This document shows positions 42,110 to 50,818 of a DNA stretch of 64,000 nucleotides, piece after piece. Location: assembly GCA_019058445.1 (NCBI GenBank), contig JAHPZA010000010.1, positions 128,001 through 192,000 on the forward strand, in the 5' to 3' direction. A program made the translations under genes and the position numbers. The notes beneath the pieces were generated by a model that was given only the letters and a program-made list of their open reading frames with translations, did no database searches and had not been told where the DNA came from. How positions within the stretch are numbered: the stretch's first letter is position 1; each line of letters begins with the position of its first letter. This DNA is from Promethearchaeota archaeon (GTDB lineage Archaea > Asgardarchaeota > Lokiarchaeia > Sigyniarchaeales > SOKP01).

Positions 42110-43159
42110 GTGAGATATATGGAGCAAATAATAATAACTGGAGCTGATGGATTCTTAGGATCTCATTTAACTGACTTCCTGATAAATAAAGGTTATTTCA
42201 TTTCTGCATTAAAAAAGCCTTCAGGTGAAGTGAATAATTTATATCAATATACCAGTGGTAAACGTAATTTCTCAAAAAAAGAATTACATATTTATCACGG
42301 AAAACGAATTGAAATACCAACCAATCAGAAAAATCTAATTATCCTAGAGTGTGATTTGAAAAATAGAGAATTATTAGCTTTAATTATAAAGAAGTCCAAT
42401 CCAAAATTCATATTTCATTTTGGAGCTCAGCCATTTGTGATCCCCTCATGGGAAGATCCCGTGAATACCATCGAAACAAATGTAATAGGCACAATAAATA
42501 TCTTCGAACCAATAAAAAAATATAAAATTAATTCAAAAATTATCGTAGCATGCTCGAGTGCAGAATATGGAACAACTACCAAGTTAAATCGAGCACTTAA
42601 GGAGACAGATCACCTTTTGGCAATTCACCCATACGGAATCAGTAAGGTTGCTTCCGAACTCCTTGCTCGTCAATATTATATAAATTTCGGTATAGAAAGT
42701 GTTATATTAAGATTTTTTAATCAAACTGGCCCTCGAAAAGTTCATGATGCCTGTTCTGATTTTGTAACAAGAATTGCGCAAATTGAGTTAGGATTAGTTG
42801 AGCCTATAATTGAGGTGGGAAATTTAGATCCATATAGAGATTTCACAGGAATAAAAGACTCGATACAGGCAATATGGTTAGCAGCAACTAAGGGAAAACC
42901 TGGTGAGACTTATAATATATGTTCAAGTAAAAAAATTCAAATACGTGAAGTTCTAAAAATTGCTTTAAGTTTCTCAAAAAAAGAGATCAGAGTACAAGAG
43001 AATACCCCCGATAAATTAAGAAAAACAGATGAAGATATAATTCTAGGTGATAATACAAAAATCAAGAGGGAATTAGGATATAATATTACACAATCTATTG
43101 AAAGCATCTTAAAAGAAATGTTTGACTATTGGATTGACTATTTTCAAAAAAATGAATAG
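42110..43159 (+). CDS. GDP-sugar 4,6-dehydratase/reductase-like SDR (paralog 2)
   Basis: TGADGFLGS, CSSAEYG, PYGISK, FNQTGPRK, GNLDPYRDF; collinear with paralog 1. Confidence 0.8.
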   Translation: MRYMEQIIITGADGFLGSHLTDFLINKGYFISALKKPSGEVNNLYQYTSGKRNFSKKELHIYHGKRIEIPTNQKNLIILECDLKNRELLALIIKKSNPKFIFHFGAQPFVIPSWEDPVNTIETNVIGTINIFEPIKKYKINSKIIVACSSAEYGTTTKLNRALKETDHLLAIHPYGISKVASELLARQYYINFGIESVILRFFNQTGPRKVHDACSDFVTRIAQIELGLVEPIIEVGNLDPYRDFTGIKDSIQAIWLAATKGKPGETYNICSSKKIQIREVLKIALSFSKKEIRVQENTPDKLRKTDEDIILGDNTKIKRELGYNITQSIESILKEMFDYWIDYFQKNE

Positions 43160-43213
43160 ACAATTAATAAATAATAGAGTTTAGATAACAATACAATTAA
43201 AAATTTAAGATTA

Positions 43214-44311
43214 ATGTCAAAAATTATTTATCTAGTTGCCGGCGCGAGACCCAATTTTATGAAAATTGCTCCCTTGATAAGGGAATTAGAAAAAAGAAAT
43301 CTAGAGTATAAACTGATACATACTGGTCAACATTATGATTATGAAATGTCAAAGATCTTCTTTGACAGGCTAGGGATCCCAGAGCCAGATGTATACTTGA
43401 ACATAGGGTCCGCATCTCATGCCGTTCAGACTGCAAAAATTATGATTGAATTCGAAAAAGTTATTTTAAATGAGAGGCCATCAATGGTAGTTGTGGTTGG
43501 AGATGTAAATTCCACCTTAGCTTGTTCGCTTGTTGCAAAAAAGCTTGATATTAAAATTGCACATGTTGAAGCAGGATTAAGAAGCTTTGACCAGAGTATG
43601 CCAGAAGAAATTAATCGAATTCTTACAGATCAGTTGTCTGATTTGTTATTCATAACAGAGCCTTCGGCAGAAACTAATTTAAAAAGAGAGGGCATCGAAC
43701 AGAATAAAATTTATTTTGTAGGAAATATAATGATTGACAATTTGTTAATGAATTTAGAGAAAGCAAAACCACTTAATACTTTAACAAAATATAATTTAAA
43801 ATCAAAAGATTTTGCTCTCATGACGATTCATCGACCATCGAACGTGGATAACGCAGCAAGTTTAGAAAAAATTACAGAAATAATCAATTTCATTCAAGAA
43901 AAAATGAAAATATTCTTTCCTATTCATCCACGTACTAGAAAAAGATTACAAGAGTTCGATTTAGAAAAAAAACTCGTCGGCTCTAATTTAGTTTTAACAG
44001 AACCTGTTGGTTATTTAAAATTCTTAAATTTAATGTTGAACTCCAGAGTAGTTCTGACTGATTCAGGTGGAATCCAAGAAGAAGCTTCTTACCTTAAGAT
44101 ACCCGTTTTAACTCTCAGAAAAAATACCGAAAGACCTATTACAATAGAAAAGGGTACAAATGAACTGGTAGACACTGATTTTGAAAAAATTAAGATGTAT
44201 ATTAATCAAATTCTCACGAGTACCTACAAAACAAGTCAAAAAATCGAGAAATGGGATGGGAAAACCTCTGAAAGAATAGTAAATATTATTGAAAAAGAAA
44301 TAATAGGCTGA
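43214..44311 (+). CDS. wecB: UDP-N-acetylglucosamine 2-epimerase (non-hydrolysing)
   Basis: GARPNFMK, HTGQHYD, HVEAGLRS, PEEINR, TDSGGIQEE, TERP. Confidence 0.93.
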   Translation: MSKIIYLVAGARPNFMKIAPLIRELEKRNLEYKLIHTGQHYDYEMSKIFFDRLGIPEPDVYLNIGSASHAVQTAKIMIEFEKVILNERPSMVVVVGDVNSTLACSLVAKKLDIKIAHVEAGLRSFDQSMPEEINRILTDQLSDLLFITEPSAETNLKREGIEQNKIYFVGNIMIDNLLMNLEKAKPLNTLTKYNLKSKDFALMTIHRPSNVDNAASLEKITEIINFIQEKMKIFFPIHPRTRKRLQEFDLEKKLVGSNLVLTEPVGYLKFLNLMLNSRVVLTDSGGIQEEASYLKIPVLTLRKNTERPITIEKGTNELVDTDFEKIKMYINQILTSTYKTSQKIEKWDGKTSERIVNIIEKEIIG

Positions 44312-44363
44312 AAAATTTTTTTATTGTTCTAATAATGACAATAAAAATAGTAAATTAATAGTA

Positions 44364-47300
44364 TTATTTTATTATCTCAACAAGGATTTTGATTTCTTTC
44401 CCTTGAATTTTAAAAATAAATGGTTTACCTTTTTTTCCTTTACTAATTTTAGTACAACCAATTTCTTCTTTAACAATATCAAGAAAATCTCCTAATTCTT
44501 TTTCTATGTCTATACCATTGATAACGTTGATTATAATTTTTTCTTTAAATCGAGATAAGTTCAACTCTTTACGTATATTTTGGAGGTTCCTAATAAATTC
44601 TCTAGAAAAACCTTCTCTCAATAATTCATTATCTAATTTTGAGTTGATTAAAATTGAGCCAATACTTAAAACCTTAACATCATAGGGATCTTTACCGTTT
44701 TGGTTAATTTGCGCATGCTCTTTTGTGATTTCATACTCTTTTTTATTTATCTTCGTTTTAAATTTTCCTTTAAGCATTTTTTGCTTAAAATCCTCCAAAT
44801 CCATGGAACTTAAGAATTTTTCGATTTTTTCCCGATCTCTTTTAAAATCTTTGCCAATTGCAACCTTATTTAAAATGAGTTCTTCAGTATATAAAGATTT
44901 TGCCTTCTTTTCATCAATAAATTTAATATCTTTAACATTTAGCTCAGATTTAATTAGATTATCAAATTTTTCGACAATAGATTTATGTTTATCATCTAAA
45001 TTCATTAAATATTCTTTAATGGGTTGTCTTATCTTAATTTTCACTTGTTCTCTTAAAGCACGTAAGTCTTGAGTCAAATCAATTACAAACTCCATTTCTT
45101 CAATAATAAAATCATTAATAAATTTCTCTTGTCCTTCTGGGAAATCGGTTAAATGAACTGATTTTGCCTCCTTCATATAGTCAAAATCCTCGTGCATTTT
45201 CAAGAAAACTCTCTCTGTTAAAAATGGAACAAAAGGAGCCATTATTTTATTTAAAATATCAAAATTGTAATAGAGAACATTATAGGTCTCCTGATCTTTC
45301 TCAAGTAATCGCTTTCTTACTAATCGTAAATACCAATTGCTTAATTGGTTAATAATAAAATCTTGGATTATATCTGCAGCTTTAAAAATTAAATAATCGT
45401 CAAGCAATTCTTTCACTTCTTGTGCTAATGAATTAATTTTACTCACTAACCAAATGTCCAGTGGATCATTTAATTTTTGAGGATTAAAATTCAATGAGGG
45501 GGTGATTTCATTATTGATTGCATTATTATGAAATAATAAGAATGAATTCCAATATTTTACAATAAATTGAGATACTATATATCTTACCATATCTACACTC
45601 ATACGTTTTTCTTTATGGGGAGGTCCTGAAACGTAATACAACCACCTAAGTGCATCTGAACCCTCTGAATTAAAAATAGTCCAAGGATCTATGGTATTAC
45701 CTAAACTTTTACTCATTTTACGCCCTTCAGCGTCTAGGATTATCCCATTTACAACGCAGTTATGAAACGCATTTTGGTTAAAAACTACTGTAGCTATCGC
45801 ATGGAGCGTATAAAACCAACCTCTTGTTTGATCCATACCCTCGGCAATAAAGTCAACCGGATAAGCCCCTCCTTTTTCAACCAGATCTTTATTCTCGAAA
45901 GGATAATGATATTGAGCAAATGGAGCTGCTCCAGAATCATACCAACAATCAATCACTTCTGGGGTTCTACTCATATCACTTTTACATTTAGGGCATGGGA
46001 TTACAACCTCATCTATCATTGGTTTGTGGTAATCTTCTAACACCACATTATCCTTAGATAATTTTTTTAATTCATCATAAGAACCTATGGCTAACATATG
46101 GTTGCATTCTTTATCATTACATATCCAAATTGGCAATGGGGTACCCCAAAATCTTTCTCGAGAAATTGCCCAATCTCTCACATTATCTAAGAAATTGCCA
46201 AACCGTCCAGTTCCTATCATTTTTGGAACCCAATTCACTTTGGCATTGGTTTCCAATAACTCTTCTCTGAATCGAGACATCTCTATAAACCACGATTCTC
46301 GAGCATAGTATAATAACGCTCGCTTACATCGCCAACAGAATGGATAATCGTGCGCATAATCTCTTACATCTAATAACTTTCCCATTTTTTTTAATTGATC
46401 GATAACCCATTGATCAGTATCCCATACTTTTTTCTTTCCAATATCTTCTCTATGAATCTTAAAATATTTGCCTGCAAGTTCTGGGATGGATTCATCAAAA
46501 TACCCTTTCTCATCAATTGGCTGTATAAATGGAAGGTCATATTCTTGTCCAACATTATAATCATCCTCTCCAAACGCAGGTGCGATATGTACAAATCCAG
46601 TTGAAATATTGTCTGAAGTGGGTTCAGTATTGACAAAATCTGCTGTTATAACGATAAATCCATTTTCCTCCGATAAATGCTCGAAATATGGGAATAATGG
46701 CTCATATTTCTGATACAGTAAATCTGAACCAAAGAATTCTCTAATTTTTTTATAATTACCTTCTCCTAAAACAGTATCTAATAACGTGGTGGCAATTATT
46801 AGTTTTTCATCATTATATTCGACCAACGAATAGCGCCCATCAGGATTTGCAGCTATAGCAACATTACTTAATAAGGTCCAAGGTGTAGTTGTCCATGCAA
46901 CTATCTTTACATCTTTATAATTCGGATCTAATAGTTTAAAAGTGATATATATGGATGTCTCTGTTATATTTTCATAACCAAGAGAGATTTCATGTGAAGA
47001 TAAGGGAGTTTCACAGCGCGGACAAAAAGGAACCACTTTTTTACCTAAATAAAGCAAGTTCTGATCAAATATTTGTTTTAATGACCACCAAACTGACTCG
47101 ATATAATAATTTTCATAGGTGATATAGGGATTTTTCATGTCCAACCAAAACGCCATTCTCTCTGTTAATTTCTCCCATTCTCTGATATATCTAAATACAC
47201 TTTCACGACATTTCTCGTTAAATTTGTCAATTCCATAATCTAAAATGTCCTTTTTTGTTTTAAGACCTAATTCTTTTTCAATTTCAAGCTCCACAGGTAA

Positions 47301-47543
47301 TCCATGGGTGTCCCACCCTGCCTTTCTTGGAACCCAATAGCCTTCCATAAATTTAAACCGTAAAATTATATCTTTTATGCTTCGTGCATATACATGGTGG
47401 ATACCCGGCAGTCCATTGGCCGTGGGAGGACCTTCAGTGAATTGATACCTACCTAATGGCTTTTCTGCTTCTAAAATTAATTTAATTATTGAAATTGAGT
47501 CCCAATAGTCTAAAATCTTTTGCTCTTCTTCGGGTAAAGTCAT
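44364..47543 (-). CDS. ileS: Isoleucyl-tRNA synthetase (type 2)
   Basis: GPPTANGLPGIHH, GWDTHGLPVE, WTTTPWTL, SRERFWGTP, DQTRGWF, KMSKS. Confidence 0.96.
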   Translation of the reverse strand: MTLPEEEQKILDYWDSISIIKLILEAEKPLGRYQFTEGPPTANGLPGIHHVYARSIKDIILRFKFMEGYWVPRKAGWDTHGLPVELEIEKELGLKTKKDILDYGIDKFNEKCRESVFRYIREWEKLTERMAFWLDMKNPYITYENYYIESVWWSLKQIFDQNLLYLGKKVVPFCPRCETPLSSHEISLGYENITETSIYITFKLLDPNYKDVKIVAWTTTPWTLLSNVAIAANPDGRYSLVEYNDEKLIIATTLLDTVLGEGNYKKIREFFGSDLLYQKYEPLFPYFEHLSEENGFIVITADFVNTEPTSDNISTGFVHIAPAFGEDDYNVGQEYDLPFIQPIDEKGYFDESIPELAGKYFKIHREDIGKKKVWDTDQWVIDQLKKMGKLLDVRDYAHDYPFCWRCKRALLYYARESWFIEMSRFREELLETNAKVNWVPKMIGTGRFGNFLDNVRDWAISRERFWGTPLPIWICNDKECNHMLAIGSYDELKKLSKDNVVLEDYHKPMIDEVVIPCPKCKSDMSRTPEVIDCWYDSGAAPFAQYHYPFENKDLVEKGGAYPVDFIAEGMDQTRGWFYTLHAIATVVFNQNAFHNCVVNGIILDAEGRKMSKSLGNTIDPWTIFNSEGSDALRWLYYVSGPPHKEKRMSVDMVRYIVSQFIVKYWNSFLLFHNNAINNEITPSLNFNPQKLNDPLDIWLVSKINSLAQEVKELLDDYLIFKAADIIQDFIINQLSNWYLRLVRKRLLEKDQETYNVLYYNFDILNKIMAPFVPFLTERVFLKMHEDFDYMKEAKSVHLTDFPEGQEKFINDFIIEEMEFVIDLTQDLRALREQVKIKIRQPIKEYLMNLDDKHKSIVEKFDNLIKSELNVKDIKFIDEKKAKSLYTEELILNKVAIGKDFKRDREKIEKFLSSMDLEDFKQKMLKGKFKTKINKKEYEITKEHAQINQNGKDPYDVKVLSIGSILINSKLDNELLREGFSREFIRNLQNIRKELNLSRFKEKIIINVINGIDIEKELGDFLDIVKEEIGCTKISKGKKGKPFIFKIQGKEIKILVEIIK

Positions 47544-48019
47544 ACTGTATCAGTGATGTTTTTTAAAAATTTCTATCATAACTATAAACATGTATTTTAT
47601 AAGAATTTTGGGATTCTTCTCTAAAAAGACTAACTTCTAGATCAAAATTCTAAATTATAAGAAGATTTATTAGTATAATTGAATATGTTTAGAGCTTTTT
47701 TACGCTCTAATATTAATACATATCTATAATCCTTCATCATAAGGTCATAATTTCTCATAATTTTGATAAACCTTTTATGTAATTTGCAATATTTTAGTTT
47801 TAGCTTAATAGGCCAATAATAGAATTCCAAATATCCAAAATTTCATACTTTATTGATTTAACATGGATATAACACAATTTTCATAATTATAGCTCTAAAA
47901 ATAGTTATTTAAAACCATTAAGTGGCAGGAAGGATCTTCAATGCCATGTAATTACATAACATTAAATACTAATAATTCTTAATTAAATATAATTAAAAAA
48001 TATTAAAAGATGAAATTTC

Positions 48020-48154
48020 ATGAAAACCAGAAATATTCCTCATTTGTCAAACAAAGAAAAAGAATATTTCTTCCAAGGTCTTATGATTGGAATTATAATT
48101 GGTATAATAATTTTTATGTGTATTTCATGTTGTTTTGGTTTGTTGAATAATTAA
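48020..48154 (+). CDS. Small tail-anchored membrane peptide A (44 aa)
   Basis: Own translation MKTRNIPHLSNKEKEYFFQGLMIGIIIGIIIFMCISCCFGLLNN; paralog of 49189..49320. Confidence 0.6.
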   Translation: MKTRNIPHLSNKEKEYFFQGLMIGIIIGIIIFMCISCCFGLLNN

Positions 48155-48181
48155 AACACAATATTAACAAATTGATAAAAA

Positions 48182-48334
48182 TTGAAAGATTGGGATATAG
48201 GGCAAGAAGCGAGAGAATTAGATGAGAGACCGATTTATGAACGAATGAAGATAAAGAAAACTTCAATAAAAAAAATAATGGGTTCTCTTATAATTTACTT
48301 CATTATTATGGGTATTTTCTATATCGTTCTCTGA
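48182..48334 (+). CDS. Small tail-anchored membrane peptide B (50 aa, TTG start)
   Basis: Own translation MKDWDIGQEARELDERPIYERMKIKKTSIKKIMGSLIIYFIIMGIFYIVL; ends 13 nt before the TauE start. Confidence 0.5.
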   Translation: MKDWDIGQEARELDERPIYERMKIKKTSIKKIMGSLIIYFIIMGIFYIVL

Positions 48335-48347
48335 TGAGGATATAACT

Positions 48348-49142
48348 ATGTTTAAACTAATTCTTTTAGTTATAATATTGGCATTTATCTTTGAAACGTT
48401 AGATTCAGCCGCCGGAATGGGTTTCGGAACATGTATGGCTCCATTTTTATTTTTATTAGGATATAGTCCACTTCAGGTTGTGCCTTCTTTATTAATATCG
48501 GAAGCTATTACAGGTTTAATCGATGCCTTTTTTGATCACGAATTTGGAAATGTTCAATTTTCATTTAGACCATTGAATGACCCTACAAAATTAACACTTC
48601 AAGTAGCTATTTTTGGTTGTATAGCAATTTTCTTGTCTATTTTTCTTACATATATTGCTTTTAAATCACCTGTTATGATTATAAAAATATATGTAGCGAT
48701 TTTAGTTTTAACTATGGGGTTTATCGGCTTAATTCGTTTGAAAATTAAAAAAAAAACCGAAATTACCTTAAAACCTAAATTATTTATTGCTTTTTCAGTC
48801 CTTGCTGGATTTAATAAAGGAATTGGAGGAGGAGGATATGGTCCGGTAATAACCATGGGTCAGATTTATTGTGGTGTTTATGAAAAGTCAGCAACTGCGA
48901 TTGTATCTCTCGCAGAAGCCTTAGTATCTATTACAGGCATCTTTACATTCTTGTTGATAACTATAGCCGGAATAGAATTAGATTTAGTACTTTTACCATC
49001 TATTTTTACAGGAGGATTTATCGCTGCTATTTTATCACCATATTTAGTAAGGATAATGCCCAATTTAATTTGGAAAATTATTATTCCTATTTATGCAATA
49101 ATTATGGGAATAATATCTCTATTATTAATAACAATTCTTTAA
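48348..49142 (+). CDS. TauE/SafE-family sulfite exporter
   Basis: About 8 TM, DSAAGMGFG, GFNKGIGGGGYGP; directly upstream of sat/cysC. Confidence 0.85.
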   Translation: MFKLILLVIILAFIFETLDSAAGMGFGTCMAPFLFLLGYSPLQVVPSLLISEAITGLIDAFFDHEFGNVQFSFRPLNDPTKLTLQVAIFGCIAIFLSIFLTYIAFKSPVMIIKIYVAILVLTMGFIGLIRLKIKKKTEITLKPKLFIAFSVLAGFNKGIGGGGYGPVITMGQIYCGVYEKSATAIVSLAEALVSITGIFTFLLITIAGIELDLVLLPSIFTGGFIAAILSPYLVRIMPNLIWKIIIPIYAIIMGIISLLLITIL

Positions 49143-49188
49143 ATATGTGATTTTAACCAAAAAAATACAATAATTCAAGTGAAAATCT

Positions 49189-49320
49189 ATGAGAGATAAT
49201 AGTAAATTAAAAGCGTCTAATAAAGAAAAAAAAATGTTCTTTTATGGTGTTATAATTGGCGTTATCTTAGGATTTTTGCTTGTTATAGTTTTAATTGGAT
49301 TTATTGAATCAAAAATTTAA
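49189..49320 (+). CDS. Small tail-anchored membrane peptide C (43 aa)
   Basis: Own translation MRDNSKLKASNKEKKMFFYGVIIGVILGFLLVIVLIGFIESKI; shares SNKEKxxFFxGxxIGxIxG with peptide A. Confidence 0.6.
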   Translation: MRDNSKLKASNKEKKMFFYGVIIGVILGFLLVIVLIGFIESKI

Positions 49321-49377
49321 AAGAATACCTTTAATTATAGATAATTAATCAAAAAATATAAACGAAATATAAGAAAC

Positions 49378-49617
49378 ATGTCAGAAGAAGAACATAAGGT
49401 TGAATATACTACTGTATCAATACCCAAAATTCTTGCAGATAAAATTAAGGAAAGGATGAAAGGGACTGGATTTGCTTCAGTCTCCGCATATGTAACTTAT
49501 GTAATTCGACAGGTACTTTCTTCAATTGAAGAAGAAGAGAAATCTAAAGAAGCATTTACTAAGGAAGAAGAAGAAAAAGTCAAACAGCGTTTAAGAGATT
49601 TAGGATATATAGATTAA
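49378..49617 (+). CDS. Ribbon-helix-helix (CopG-like) protein with an EEEEKVKQRLRDLGYID tail
   Basis: YTTVSIPK.L..KIK....GTGF.SVS.YV..VIR RHH pattern. Confidence 0.85.
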   Translation: MSEEEHKVEYTTVSIPKILADKIKERMKGTGFASVSAYVTYVIRQVLSSIEEEEKSKEAFTKEEEEKVKQRLRDLGYID

Positions 49618-49641
49618 TAAAAATTAAAAGAGAGAATAAGT

Positions 49642-50787
49642 ATGATTCAACCACATGGAGGTACTTTAATAAATAAGGAACTGCCTAAAATGGAAAAGCA
49701 GCGAATTTTAGCGCAGATTGATGAATTTGAGAAGATTCAAGTAGACTCAGAAACCTGGAAAGTAATAAAGAATATTGCTTTTGGAGTTTTCAGCCCTTTG
49801 GAAGGCTTTATGAATCAAAATGATACTTCACATGTCCTTGACCACATGTATTTAGAAAGCAATATTGCCTGGCCTTTTCCAATTGTACTTGATATCTCCG
49901 AAAGTCAAGCGAATAAAATCAATGTAGATGATAGTGTCATATTAACTGATAATTCAATTACACCAATTGCATTATTGAACGTCAGTGATATTTATAATTA
50001 TAATAAAAAATATTTTGCGGAACAAGTATATGGAACTTTGGATCGCAACCACCCTGGTGTTGAAAAGATATTTAATCAAAAAGAGAAATTAATCGGGGGG
50101 GAAATTTTTCTAATAAACGAGCTTCCCTCAATGTTTCCAGATTTAGACCTAAAACCTTTAGAAACTAGAGTGTTATTTAAAGAAAAGAAATGGGACAGAG
50201 TAGTTGCATTTCAAACAAGAAACCCTCCACATTTGGGGCATGAATATGTGCAAAAAGCGGGTTTAACTTATGTTGACGGATTATTTATTAATCCAGTAAT
50301 TGGGAAAAAAAAATCAGGGGATTTTTTAGATGAGGTTATTGTTGAATCCTATAAGGTTTTAATAAAAGAATACTATCCCAAAGACCGTGTAGTGTTAAGT
50401 ACATTTGAAACCGAAATGAGATATGCTGGACCAAAAGAGGCAATTTTTCATGCAATAGCACGAAAAAATTTTGGTTGCGACCATATTATTATCGGAAGAG
50501 ATCATGCGGGAGTTGGAAATTTTTATGGACCTTATGATGCCCATCAAATCTTTGAACAGTTTCCCGACTTAGGAATAGAACCGATCTTTTTTAGGTCCTT
50601 TTCACGATGTAGAAAATGTGATAGTGTTGTCAATGATAAGATTTGTCCTCATCCCCCGGATGACCATATATTTTTTAGTGGTACAAAAATAAGAGATATC
50701 CTAATTTCAGGGAAAGAACCGACGCCAGATATTATGCGTCCTGAAGTTGCTAAAGTTATTTTAGGATATAATAATCCATTCTGTTAA
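49642..50787 (+). CDS. sat: Sulfate adenylyltransferase
   Basis: PHGG.L, FSPLEGFM, FQTRNPPHLGHE, YAGPKEA, GRDHAGVG, SGTKIR. Confidence 0.95.
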   Translation: MIQPHGGTLINKELPKMEKQRILAQIDEFEKIQVDSETWKVIKNIAFGVFSPLEGFMNQNDTSHVLDHMYLESNIAWPFPIVLDISESQANKINVDDSVILTDNSITPIALLNVSDIYNYNKKYFAEQVYGTLDRNHPGVEKIFNQKEKLIGGEIFLINELPSMFPDLDLKPLETRVLFKEKKWDRVVAFQTRNPPHLGHEYVQKAGLTYVDGLFINPVIGKKKSGDFLDEVIVESYKVLIKEYYPKDRVVLSTFETEMRYAGPKEAIFHAIARKNFGCDHIIIGRDHAGVGNFYGPYDAHQIFEQFPDLGIEPIFFRSFSRCRKCDSVVNDKICPHPPDDHIFFSGTKIRDILISGKEPTPDIMRPEVAKVILGYNNPFC

Positions 50788-50818
50788 TTAAAAATCAAAA
50801 ATATTAAGGAGCAATTAT

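Noticed and set aside
47642-47960. 62-aa ORF and surrounding region upstream of ileS (possible leader or T-box)
   Set aside because: TTG start, low-complexity translation, and no recognisable T-box or structured RNA.
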